A stretch of DNA of 64,000 nucleotides, from positions 1 to 64,000 of the forward strand of contig NW_025765070.1 of NCBI RefSeq assembly GCF_003918875.1. Reading direction: 5' to 3'. Position 1 is the first letter of the stretch. Every line of letters starts with the position of its first letter. Shown here in pieces: positions 1 to 11,390 of the stretch. Made by a program: the position numbers and the translations under genes. This DNA comes from Haliotis rubra (lineage: Eukaryota). Below the pieces are notes generated by a model. The model worked only from the letters and a program-made list of their open reading frames with translations, searched no databases and had not been told where the DNA came from.

Positions 1-780
1 AACACTGGAAGGTAGTCTTGGGTGATCTGAATAAAATGAACATGTCTGCACCAATATTTAATAGTTTAGTCATATATCAGTATGTAAAGATAACAGTCAT
101 GCCGTGGCGTTATTGACCTCTCCCAGACCTCCGCCATGGCGTCTGGCGGCAGTACCATGTCTTATATTGATGACACTGTGGCTGAACTGGTTGTTTATAC
201 CAACTTCATGCTGAGTCTCCCCACTTTGCAACATTGGCGCCTCGTGACGGGTCTTCGGGCGACAAATGACGTCTAACACAATGTAGATTAACCAGGTATT
301 GTTAGCTGCACAGTCAACTATGGTTCACAATACTGGAAACTCATCTCCCATAGAAAGTATCTGACAACGCTCAAAACAGGCGAGTTGCATGTGCGTGCTT
401 TGCTGTCATGCACCACGTATAACGTTTTCCTTCGGCTTCCAACCAGTTGCATGTGCATATGGCATTCATTATTCAAGATTTTTACCATCATTCAATTCTC
501 TCTCTGTCTGGGTTTGGAATGTTAAGCATATAGAGTAAGCTCTTGGATACACAGATATATATCCAATGCTTTCATGCCTTGCAAGAAAACTCACCAAGAA
601 CATCTAAAAATATGCAGCCATTAACTTCTGTCATAGTTTTAGGAACATAATTAGATCTGTCAAAGTCAGACGTGACAAACCGCTTGCAGCCACCTTTTGC
701 AAATGTTACATTGCGTGTGTCAAACGTTTGTTCTCGGTAATGTCCATGCAACATCAATTTGGAACCATTTCTTTTGTGGT

Positions 781-1020
781 GAGCCGCGAAGGTCCGGGTT
801 AGAATTGACCTTCAGTAACCCATGCTTGTCGAAAGAGGCGACTAAGAGGAATGGGTGGTCAGGCTCGCTGACCTGGTCCACACATGTCATCGTATCCCAA
901 TTGTTTAGATCGATGCTCATGCTGTTGATCACTGGATTGTCTGGTCCATACTCGGTTATTTACAGACCGCCGCCATATGGCTGGAATATTGCTGAGTGCG
1001 GCGTAAAACTAAACTCACTC
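781..1020 (+). mobile_element. SINE family A (non-tRNA structured head, (ACTC)n tail), unit 1 copy
   Basis: It is homologous to the TSD-flanked copy at 9885-10135 and ends ...GAATATTGCTGAGTGCGGCGTAAAACTAAACTCACTC. TTGTGGTG on both sides is a probable TSD. Confidence 0.85.
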
Positions 1021-1212
1021 TGTTGTGGTGGCGTAGCCTTTTTTACTGTTGCTGACTTGCATAACTGACAATGGAGAAAACGAGTATGCATACTATCAAT
1101 AAGACATTGAATGGAAACTATTAAGCAACACTCTTTCTTTAAATTCCTCATATTTAGAAAGATTGTAATTTAGGATGCAAAAACAAGAGTAAAGCCTTTA
1201 TCCCCTTTGAAG

Positions 1213-1218
1213 TTTATT
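1213..1218 (-). terminator. Polyadenylation signal AATAAA of the orphan gene (present in all three units)
   Basis: It lies ~92 nt after the stop codon and is followed by a U/GU-rich tract (CTTTACTCTTGTTTTTG on the minus strand). Confidence 0.55.
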
Positions 1219-1309
1219 AGCAATAAATCTGAAGACATACAATAGCACTGAAACGGGTAAAACAAAGCACTTCTTTGCATAAACCTATCAAACAGTATTG
1301 TAGGAAAGT

Positions 1310-1979
1310 TTATCTTTTCATCTTGAGGAATCCAAAAAGGCAGTCTGCAGGCGTTGTGTTGTCATCGTCTACAGCCAAACTGCACAACTGCTTCCTTTTG
1401 CCGGATACCTTCTTGACAACGACTTTCTTAGAACACCTCCTAAATAAGTTGAAATCCATTTTGGGTTTTTTTGTCGGTCGTTCGGTATCATAAACTGCAA
1501 ATGAAGTGGACTGCGTGGATTTCATCTTCTTCCTTGATCTTTGCTTTTCTTGAAGCGTGCATAGTCTTCCTTGGATGTTGAAATGGGTTTGGGGAAGTCT
1601 TAAAGCATCGTTTAATCGTTTTAAGACACATTCGTTTCTCAGCTTCTCATCGTCCTCTTCTGTCTTCAGTCTAAGAGATGCTCTTTCCTTTAAATGTCTG
1701 CTGAATCCTCTTTGAACATCTCGGCGACGACGATCACGTTGAACCTGTCGTGCTCTGGATGTTAGCAGAGCCAGTTCTGAGTTGAGTTTCTCTAGGGGGT
1801 TCTGTGAAATGTGGATCACGACAGTCGTTTTCATAATCGTTGTCACTGTCATCTGTGAAAGAATAATCCACCAGTCGTGATGTAGGAGCATTGTTAGCAA
1901 AGTTGAAATTGGGTGTCATTAAAAAGCGTGTTTCTGATGACTCCAACGAAGTGTAGATTATTTCCGAGCGGCGCTTCAT
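1310..1979 (-). CDS. Intronless orphan gene, copy 1; consensus 222-aa Lys/Arg-rich protein (MKRRSEIIYT...CLFGFLKMKR); +1 frameshift in the G5 run at 1795-1799
   Basis: ORFs 1734..1979 and 1310..1900 join if one G is removed (copies 2 and 3 have G4). It has a TATA box upstream and AATAAA downstream. Confidence 0.6.
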
Positions 1980-2047
1980 TTTCAGCTGAGGAAAGGTACT
2001 TTGGGAAATGAAAAGTTGGTACCAGCTGCAACAATGACCAAGATGCT

Positions 2048-2081
2048 AATGGCTCACATCCCCAACTTGACCTCTTATATA
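2048..2081 (-). promoter_or_regulatory. TATA box and initiator-like element of the orphan gene (repeated at ~5092-5125 and ~8130-8161)
   Basis: Minus strand TATATAAG lies at 2074-2081. A CCATT Inr-like motif has its A at 2050, 31 nt from the TATA start and 71 nt before the ATG. Sox-like CCTTTGTT and forkhead-like TGTTTAC motifs lie just upstream. Confidence 0.6.
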
Positions 2082-3820
2082 GCAGCCTTGCTTAACTGAA
2101 ATAAATGGGCTCGTCAAATCGTGCACGTTGACAATGAAGGTATGTTTACACAGAAAACACCAACCTTTGTTCAAATTGTGGAGAGACATCAATACAGACA
2201 GATTACAATTCATTATCAAGCAGTTACATTCTGAAAAGAAGGACAGGTGTATCTTTCGACCATAACAACACCACTCCAGTAGATTGGTATAGATTGGTTT
2301 AAGTACTTGTCATTGTTGAAATTATTTGATTCCATACACTGACCTGTAATCCGTTTCGCGTTTTCAAAAGATCCAGGCGCTAATCTGTTCAGCTCTCCAG
2401 TAGCTTCAGGAGATCTAATCCAGCACGTAACTGTAGTTGTGTGGAATTTCTTACATATTACTACCGGTAACCTAAGCATGGCATCTGAAGAAACTCCCAA
2501 AGCACTATCTTTTGTAATTGTACAAATTGCACACGGGTTGGAATGTAATGTTTATTTTACAAACAACTATCACTAAACATCTTTGCATAGATATGTATGG
2601 TATGTAGTTTAAAATTGAAAATTCCCACATTTGCACTTATTTCAATAAAGAGCCACATGAATTGCGTGTCAGATAGGCATTGAAAAGCGCACTCTCTGTC
2701 TATTATCCACCGGAATTGAAAAGACCAAACAAGGCAGGACATGACATCTGCATGAATTGCAAGTAATGTTTTCTCCACAAAGAACTGAGTATTAGTTTGA
2801 TACAGTTCTGTGATCCCAAAGACAAGAGCACAGTGCCGTTGTAAAAGCAATGGATGTGTGTATAACAATTATCTCTCAACTTGGGATTGATTATTCACTG
2901 ATTGACGGTCAAGGTTTGATTGAGTTAACTATTCAGCTGACACAAATGGCAAGCTGTTATTGCGTTGCTCAAGTTAAAGGGAAAAGGAGTCGAACGTGCC
3001 ATACTTTGCCAAAGCTCTTATAAAAGGTAATGATAACGCACGGAACAGTAAACATTTTCCCGTTCATCTGTTGTACAGGCCCAAAGGGTCCCCTCTGTCA
3101 TCTCGCCTTACACTTTTCGTAGGGACCCCTCTAAGTTATAGGAGTTGAAAGTTAAATAGTGCAATCCATATAATATATGTTTATTTCAGCTTAAGCCACT
3201 GTCACAGCATGTCGTGGATTTTATATTGCTTCACACTCTTTTGATATCCTGCATTGTGCATTGTTTGGATGACATAGGTGCTTGTTGTAAGCAGGTTTCA
3301 TTGAAACCTTTTTCAGATTGTGAAATGATCGCACGTATATCTACCTAGTGTGCATGATTTGTTTGATTATTGGATGTGTAAAGGTGCATATTCTTACTGT
3401 GCATTTGGTGCTCCAGGCTAAGAAAACCTGTCCCACTTACTAGTGTTAATTGTTTGGACTATGTTGTCAAGCAAAGGGAAGCGTTTCACATATGAAAGGG
3501 CTAATGTGATTGACATGGATTTGGAATCACTGCACTTATTTCTCTGTCTGGGTTTGGAATGTTAAGCATATAGAGTAAGCTCTTGGATACACAGATATAT
3601 ATCCAATGCTTTCATGCCTTGCAAGAAAACTCACCAAGAACATCTAAAAATATGCAGCCATTAACTTCTGTCATAGTTTTAGGAACATAATTAGATCTGT
3701 CAAAGTCAGACGTGACAAACCGCTTGCAGCCACCTTTTGCAAATGTTACATTGCGTGTGTCAAACGTTTGTTCTCGGTAATGTCCATGCAACATCAATTT
3801 GGAACCATTTCTTTTGTGGT

Positions 3821-4068
3821 GAGCCGCGAAGGTCCGGGTTAGAATTGACCTTCAGTAACCCATGCTTGTCGAAAGAGGCGACTAAGAGGAATGGGTGGTC
3901 AGGCTCGCTGACCTGGTCCACACATGTCATCGTATCCCAATTGTTTAGATCGATGCTCATGCTGTTGATCACTGGATTGTCTGGTCCATACTCGGTTATT
4001 TACAGACCGCCGCCATATGGCTGGAATATTGCTGAGTGCGGCGTAAAACTAAACTCACTCACTCACTC
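3821..4068 (+). mobile_element. SINE family A, unit 2 copy (longer ACTC tail)
   Basis: Same as 781-1020 with two extra ACTC units. Confidence 0.85.
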
Positions 4069-4356
4069 TGTTGTGGTGGCGTAGCCTTTTTACTGTTGCT
4101 GACTTGCATAACTGACAATGGAGAAAACGAGTATGCATACTATCAATAAGACATTGAATGGAAACTGTTAAGCAACACTCTTTCTTTAAATTCCTCATAT
4201 TTAGAAAGATTGTAATTTAGGATGCAAAAACAAGAGTAAAGCCTTTATCCCCTTTGAAGTTTATTAGCAATAAATCTGAAGACATACAATAGCACTGAAA
4301 CGGGTAAAACAAAGCACTTCTTTGCATAAACCTATCAAACAGTATTGTAGGAAAGT

Positions 4357-5023
4357 TTATCTTTTCATCTTGAGGAATCCAAAAAGGCAGTCTGCAGGCG
4401 TTGTGTTGTCATCGTCTACAGCCAAACTGCACAACTGCTTCCTTTTGCCGGATACCTTCTTGACAACGACTTTCTTAGAACACCTCCTAAATAAGTTGAA
4501 ATCCATTTTGGGTTTTTGTCGGTCGTTCGGTATCATAAACTGCAAATGAAGTGGACTGCGTGGATTTCATCTTCTTCCTTGATCTTTGCTTTTCTTGAAG
4601 CGTGCATAGTCTTCCTTGGATGTTGAAATGGGTTTGGGGAAGTCTTAAAGCATCGTTTAATCGTTTTAAGACACATTCGTTTCTCAGCTTCTCATCGTCC
4701 TCTTCTGTCTTCAGTCTAAGAGATGCTCTTTCCTTTAAATGTCTGCTGAATCCTCTTTGAACATCTCGGCGACGACGATCACGTTGAACCTGTCGTGCTC
4801 TGGATGTTAGCAGAGCCAGTTCTGAGTTGAGTTTCTCTAGGGGTTCTGTGAAATGTGGATCACGACAGTCGTTTTCATAATCGTTGTCACTGTCATCTGT
4901 GAAAGAATAATCCACCAGTCGTGATGTAGGAGCATTGTTAGCAAAGTTGAAATTGGGTGTCATCAAAAAGCGTGTTTCTGATGACTCCAACGAAGTGTAG
5001 ATTATTTCCGAGCGGCGCTTCAT
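4357..5023 (-). CDS. Intronless orphan gene, copy 2; 2-nt deletion in the T run near 4513
   Basis: ORFs 4487..5023 and 4357..4545. The run is T5 here and T7 in copy 1, giving 667 nt versus the 669-nt consensus. Confidence 0.6.
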
Positions 5024-6865
5024 TTTCAGCTGAGGAAAGGTACTTTGGGAAATGAAAAGTTGGTACCAGCTGCAACAATGACCAAGATCCTAATGGCTCA
5101 CATCCCCAACTTGACCTCTTATATAGCAGCCTTGCTTAACTGAAATAAATGGGCTCGTCAAATCGTGCACGTTGACAATGAAGGTATGTTTACACAGAAA
5201 ACACCAACCTTTGTTCAAATTGTGGAGAGACATCAATACAGACAGATTACAATTCATTATCAAGCAGTTACATTCTGAAAAGAAGGACAGGTGTATCTTC
5301 CGACCATAACAACACCACTCCAGTAGATTGGTATAGATTGGTTTAAGTACTTGTCATTGTTGAAATTATTTGATTCCATACACTGACCTGTAATCCGTTT
5401 CGCGTTTTCAAAAGATCCAGGCGCTAATCTGTTCAGCTCTCCAGTAGCTTCAGGAGATCTAATCCAGCACGTAACTGTAGTTGTGTGGAATTTCTTACAT
5501 ATTACTACCGGTAACCTAAGCATGGCATCTGAAGAAACTCCCAAAGCACTATCTTTTGTAATTGTACAAATTGCACACGGGTTGGAATGTAATGTTTATT
5601 TTACAAACAACTATCACTAAACATCTTTGCATAGATATGTATGGTATGTAGTTTAAAATTGAAAATTCCCACATTTGCACTTATTTCAATAAAGAGCCAC
5701 ATGAATTGCGTGTCAGATAGGCATTGAAAAGCGCACTCTCTGTCTATTATCCACCGGAATTGAAAAGACCAAACAAGGCAGGACATGACATCTGCATGAA
5801 TTGCAAGTAATGTTTTCTCCACAAAGAACTGAGTATTAGTTTGATACAGTTCTGTGATCCCAAAGACAAGAGCACAGTGCCGTTGTAAAAGCAATGGATG
5901 TGTGTATAACAATTATCTCTCAACTTGGGATTGATTATTCACTGATTGACGGTCAAGGTTTGATTGAGTTAACTATTCAGCTGACACAGATGGCAAGCTG
6001 TTATTGCGTTGCTCAAGTTAAAAGGGAAAAGGAGTCGAACGTGCCATACTTTGCCAAAGCTCTTATAAAAGGTAATGATAACGCACGGAACAGTAAACAT
6101 TTTCCCGTTCATCTGTTGTACAGGCCCAAAGGGTCCCCTCTGTCATCTCGCCTTACACTTTTCGTAGGGACCCCTCTAAGTTATAGGAGTTGAAAGTTAA
6201 ATAGTGCAATCCATATAATATATGTTTATTTCAGCTTAAGCCACTGTCACAGCATGTCGTGGATTTTATATTGCTTCACACTCTTTTGATATCCTGCATT
6301 GTGCATTGTTTGGATGACATAGGTGCTTGTTGTAAGCAGGTTTCATTGAAACCTTTTTCAGATTGTGAAATGATCGCACGTATATCTACCTAGTGTGCAT
6401 GATTTGTTTGATTATTGGATGTGTAAAGGTGCATATTCTTACTGTGCATTTGGTGCTCCAGGCTAAGAAAACCTGTCCCACTTACTAGTGTTAATTGTTT
6501 GGACTATGTTGTCAAGCAAAGGGAAGCGTTTCACATATGAAAGGGCTAATGTGATTGACATGGATTTGGAATCACTGCACTTATTTCTCTGTCTGGGTTT
6601 GGAATGTTAAGCATATAGAGTAAGCTCTTGGATACACAGATATATATCCAATGCTTTCATGCCTTGCAAGAAAACTCACCAAGAACATCTAAAAATATGC
6701 AGCCATTAACTTCTGTCATAGTTTTAGGAACATAATTAGATCTGTCAAAGTCAGACGTGACAAACCGCTTGCAGCCACCTTTTGCAAATGTTACATTGCG
6801 TGTGTCAAACGTTTGTTCTCGGTAATGTCCATGCAACATCAATTTGGAACCATTTCTTTTGTGGT

Positions 6866-7105
6866 GAGCCGCGAAGGTCCGGGTTAGAATTGACCTTCAG
6901 TAACCCATGCTTGTCGAAAGAGGCGACTAAGAGGAATGGGTGGTCAGGCTCGCTGACCTGGTCCACACATGTCATCGTATCCCAATTGTTTAGATCGATG
7001 CTCATGCTGTTGATCACTGGATTGTCTGGTCCATACTCGGTTATTTACAGACCGCCGCCATATGGCTGGAATATTGCTGAGTGCGGCGTAAAACTAAACT
7101 CACTC
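6866..7105 (+). mobile_element. SINE family A, unit 3 copy
   Basis: Same as 781-1020. Confidence 0.85.
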
Positions 7106-7393
7106 TGTTGTGGTGGCGTAGCCTTTTTACTGTTGCTGACTTGCATAACTGACAATGGAGAAAACGGGTATGCATACTATCAATAAGACATTGAATGGAA
7201 ACTGTTAAGCAACACCCTTTCTTTAAATTCCTCATATTTAGAAAGATTGTAATTTAGGATGCAAAAACAAGAGTAAAGCCTTTATCCCCTTTGAAGTTTA
7301 TTAGCAATAAATCTGAAGACATACAATAGCACTGAAACGGGTAAAACAAAGCACTTCTTTGCATAAACCTATCAAACAGTATTGTAGGAAAGT

Positions 7394-8061
7394 TTATCTT
7401 TTCATCTTGAGGAATCCAAAAAGGCAGTCTGCAGGCGTTGTGTTGTCATCGTCTACAGCCAAACTGCACAACTGCTTCCTTTGCCGGATACCTTCTTGAC
7501 AACGACTTTCTTAGAACACCTCCTAAATAAGTTGAAATCCATTTTGGGGTTTTTTGTCGGTCGTTCGGTATCATAAACTGCAAATGAAGTGGACTGCGTG
7601 GATTTCATCTTCTTCCTTGATCTTTGCTTTTCTTGAAGCGTGCATAGTCTTCCTTGGATGTTGAAATGGGTTTGGGGAAGTCTTAAAGCATCGTTTAATC
7701 GTTTTAAGACACATTCGTTTCTCAGCTTCTCATCGTCCTCTTCTGTCTTCAGTCTAAGAGATGCTCTTTCCTTTAAATGTCTGCTGAATCCTCTTTGAAC
7801 ATCTCGGCGACGACGATCACGTTGAACCTGTCGTGCTCTGGATGTTAGCAGAGCCAGTTCTGAGTTGAGTTTCTCTAGGGGTTCTGTGAAATGTGGATCA
7901 CGACAGTCGTTTTCATAATCGTTGTCACTGTCATCTGTGAAAGAATAATCCACCAGTCGTGATGTAGGAGCATTGTTAGCAAAGTTGAAATTGGGTGTCA
8001 TTAAAAAGCGTGTTTCTGATGACTCCAACGAAGTGTAGATTATTTCCGAGCGGCGCTTCAT
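7394..8061 (-). CDS. Intronless orphan gene, copy 3; 1-nt deletion in the T run near 7480
   Basis: ORF 7453..8061 matches the consensus up to VSGK and then shifts frame (CCTTTGCC versus CCTTTTGCC), giving 668 nt. Confidence 0.6.
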
Positions 8062-9484
8062 TTTCAGCTGAGGAAAGGTACTTTGGGAAATGAAAAGTTG
8101 GTACCAGCTGCAACAATGACCAAGATGCTAATGGCTCACATCCCCAACTTGACCTCTTATATAGCAGCCTTGCTTAACTGAAATAAATGGGCTCGTCAAA
8201 TCGTGCACGTTGACAATGAAGGTATGTTTACACAGAAAACACCAACCTTTGTTCAAATTGTGGAGAGACATCAATACAGACAGATTACAATTCATTATCA
8301 AGCAGTTACATTCTGAAAAGAAGGACAGGTGTATCTTTCGACCATAACAACACCACTCCAGTAGATTGGTATAGATTGGTTTAAGTACTTGTCATTGTTG
8401 AAATTATTTGATTCCATACACTGACCTGTAATCCGTTTCGCGTTTTCAAAAGATCCAGGCGCTAATCTGTTCAGCTCTCCAGTAGCTTCAGGAGATCTAA
8501 TCCAGCACGTAACTGTAGTTGTGTGGAATTTCTTACATATTACTACCGGTAACCTAAGCATGGCATCTGAAGAAACTCCCAAAGCACTATCTTTTGTAAT
8601 TGTACAAATTGCACACGGGTTGGAATGTAATGTTTATTTTACAAACAACTATCACTAAACATCTTTGCATAGATATGTATGGTATGTAGTTTAAAATTGA
8701 AAATTCCCACATTTGCACTTATTTCAATAAAGAGCCACATGATTTGCGTGTCAGATAGGCATTGAAAAGCGCACTCTCTGTCTATTATCCACCGGAATTG
8801 AAAAGACCAAACAAGGCAGGACATGACATCTGCATGAATTGCAAATAATGTTTTCTCCACAAAGAACTGAGTATTAGTTTGATACAGTTCTGTGATCCCA
8901 AAGACAAGAGCACAGTGCCGTTGTAAAAGCAATGGATGTGTGTATAACAATTATCTCTCAACTTGGGATTGATTATTCACTGATTGACGGTCAAGGTTTG
9001 ATTGAGTTAACTATTCAGTGTCATTAAGCTGACACAGATGGCAAGCTGTTATTGCGTTGCTCAAGTTAAAAGGGAAAAGGAGTCGAACGTGCCATACTTT
9101 GCCAAAGCATGAAGGTAATGATAACGCACGGAACAGTAAACATTTTCCCGTTCATCTGTTGTACAGGCCCAAAGGGTCCCCTCTGTCATCCCGCCTTACA
9201 CTTTTCGTAGATACCCCTCTAAGTTATAGGAGTTGAACGTTAAATAGTGCAATTCATATAATATATGTTTATTTCAGCTTAAGCCACTGTCACAGCATGT
9301 CGTGGATTTTATATTGCTTCACACGCTTTTGATATCCTGCATTGTGCATTGTTTGGTTTCATTGAAACCTTTTTCAGATAGTGAAATGTTCGCACGTATA
9401 TCTACCTAGTGTGCATGATTTGTCTGATTATTGGATGTGTAAAGGTGCATATTCTTACTATGCATTTGGTACTCCAGGCAAAGA

Positions 9485-9646
9485 GTGAGTGAGTATGGTT
9501 TTACGCCGCTTTTAGCAATATTCCAGCAATATCACGACGGGGGGACACCAGAAATGGGCTTCACACATTGTACCCATGTGGGGAATCGAACCCGGGTCTT
9601 CGGCGCGACGAGCGAACGCTTTAACCACTAGGCTACCCCACCGCCT
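9485..9646 (-). mobile_element. tRNA-derived SINE family B
   Basis: The minus strand has an A-box (TAGCCTAGTGG), a B-box (GGTTCGATTCC) and an (ACTC)n tail. A 12-bp TSD TCCAGGCAAAGA lies at 9473-9484 and 9647-9658. Confidence 0.93.
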
Positions 9647-9679
9647 TCCAGGCAAAGAAACCAGCCCCCTGTGTTGTGC

Positions 9680-10225
9680 ACTTTCTTAGAAATTGTGATG
9701 TTTTTTTGTCGGTCTCTCGGTATCATGTTTCATCTGTTTCTTGTTGTTTGATTGTTTTGAAGCGTGCATAGTCTTCCTTGGATGTTGAAATGGGTTTGGG
9801 GAAGTCTTAAAGCATCGTTAGATCGATTCAAGTCTAAATGTGCTTGAATGCCTTTTTTCAATTTTGCAACAACGATCACATTGATTGATTGAGTGAGTGA
9901 GTTTTGTTTTACACAGCACTCAGCAATATTCCAGCTATATAGTGGCGGTCTGTGAATAATCGAGTCTGGACCAGACAATGCAGTGATCAACAGCATGAGC
10001 ATCGATCTGCGCAGTTGGGAACCGATGACATGTGTCAACCAAGTCAGCGAGCCTGACCACCCGATTCCGTTATTCGCCTCTTACGACAAGCATGGGTTAC
10101 TGAAGATCAATATTCTAACCCGGACCTTCACGGGTACGATCACATTGAATCTGTCATGCTCTGAAAGTGAGTGTGGTCAATTCTGATTTCAGTTTCTGCA
10201 CACATCTGGTTCACGACTGTCCTAG
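9680..10225 (-). pseudogene. Diverged pseudogene paralog of the 222-aa orphan gene, split by a SINE
   Basis: It retains QKLKSELTTLTFRA*QIQCDR (versus EKLNSELALLTSRARQVQRDR) and NDALRLPQTHFNIQGRLCTLQ. It has a CGA>TGA stop, frameshifts, deletions and a SINE insertion. Confidence 0.75.
9885..10135 (-). mobile_element. SINE family A, full length
   Basis: A 13-bp TSD ACGATCACATTGA lies at 9872-9884 and 10136-10148. The (GAGT)n tail is visible on the plus strand. Confidence 0.93.
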
Positions 10226-10400
10226 AAATGTAGATAGTGGTGTCTAAACCCTCAGAACTTGCCATTGGGTAGATTGGATGGTTTCGTTTTCAGTGACGAA
10301 TCACTTTGTGTGCTATGATTCTTGAATGAAGGTCCCGCTGACACCGTCATACGGGCATCATTTTTTAGTGCTTTCCACGTATCCACCAAATCTGAAGATG

Positions 10401-10436
10401 GGTCGGTCGGTCGGTCGGTCGGTCGGTCGGTCGGTC
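10401..10436. repeat. (GGTC)n microsatellite
   Basis: About 9 consecutive GGTC units. Confidence 0.9.
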
Positions 10437-10849
10437 GGGGGGAAACCATAACTAAAACCATATTTATTTAACAATTGCTTTACATTATGGGCTCAACATT
10501 GTCTACCAACGTATGTTAGTTTATATTGATAACGGTATGGGTGGTGTAATATTCCATTATCCTTTTGGTACAATAACCGTGTCCAATATTGTACAATTGT
10601 TATATATTGTCTAGTTTTGATAGATAAACATCCATAAAGTTCTGAGCCGCAAGCTTAAGTAGGGAATACTTTGTGGTCAAAGATGTTGAGAAGAACAGAT
10701 AATGTTAACTTTCTGAAATTTGATAGTTGGGAAAGTAATATATTTACCGCTTTCTGGATATGACAAAGGTGTTTTTTTTGTTATATGCCATGACCCACTG
10801 CACGAGAAATGAACACTCACATGAAATGAACACTTGTAATACACAATTT

Positions 10850-11390
10850 CTATTTGGGTATCATTAAAGTAATGTTTTTCGTATTTCTTTAATCTACCAC
10901 CTTTCCTGAAAACCATACATTTATTTTAAATAATACTGACGGTTAAAGACCACTTTAAAGACCACCTCGGACAGTGCTATCACACAGTCATATATCATCG
11001 GTCAAGAGTAACACGAAAAGTCGACAGATGTCAAAGCCAATGCATCTATCTTCACCAACACCAAGAAATTCAGTAATATCATTAACATACAATGAAAATA
11101 GCAGTGGTGATAGTTGGCAACCCTGTTTTATTCGGCACACACGGTCAAACAGTTGTGTGTAGCCACCTTGCAATGATATACATCATTGAATATTTGGGTA
11201 CATATTTCTAATCAATCTAAATATTACCTTTGACATTGCCAGTCCAAAGTTTATACATCAAACTTGTTCTATTGATGGAATCCAATGTAGCATTAAGATC
11301 AACGAAACAACAGTATAGTCTGCCCTTATATAAAGACAAATATTAGAGACCAGTGTATCTAACACAAATATATTGTGCTTGAATGAGTTT
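10850..11390 (-). mobile_element. Decayed non-LTR retrotransposon (LINE) reverse transcriptase fragment
   Basis: Minus-strand fragments GRLYCCFVDL, IKQGCQLSPLLFSLYVNDI, LLLTDDI (degenerate YADD) and MVFRKGGRL appear in the canonical RT order, broken by stops and frameshifts. Confidence 0.88.

Larger units (their letters stand above)
501..9665. repeat. Tandem array of a ~3.04-kb unit, 3 copies (501-3540, 3541-6585, 6586-~9665)
   Basis: TCTCTGTCTGGGTTTGGAATG recurs at 501, 3541 and 6586. Near-identical ORFs recur at ~3040-3045 bp offsets. The right end of copy 3 is more diverged. Confidence 0.97.

Noticed and set aside
97-279. 60-aa minus-strand ORF with a possible acceptor
   Set aside because: No partner exon or homology is visible, so it cannot be supported.
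697-1068. 123-aa and 70-aa ORFs repeated in each unit and at 9983
   Set aside because: They are translations of SINE family A.
2216-2868. 94-aa and 103-aa minus-strand ORFs conserved in all three units
   Set aside because: They use non-ATG starts and have no recognisable motifs or promoter. Their conservation only reflects the recent duplication.
9560-9646. tRNA gene (also 13005-13086)
   Set aside because: A and B boxes are present, but they are SINE heads with body, tail and TSD, and the acceptor stem does not close.
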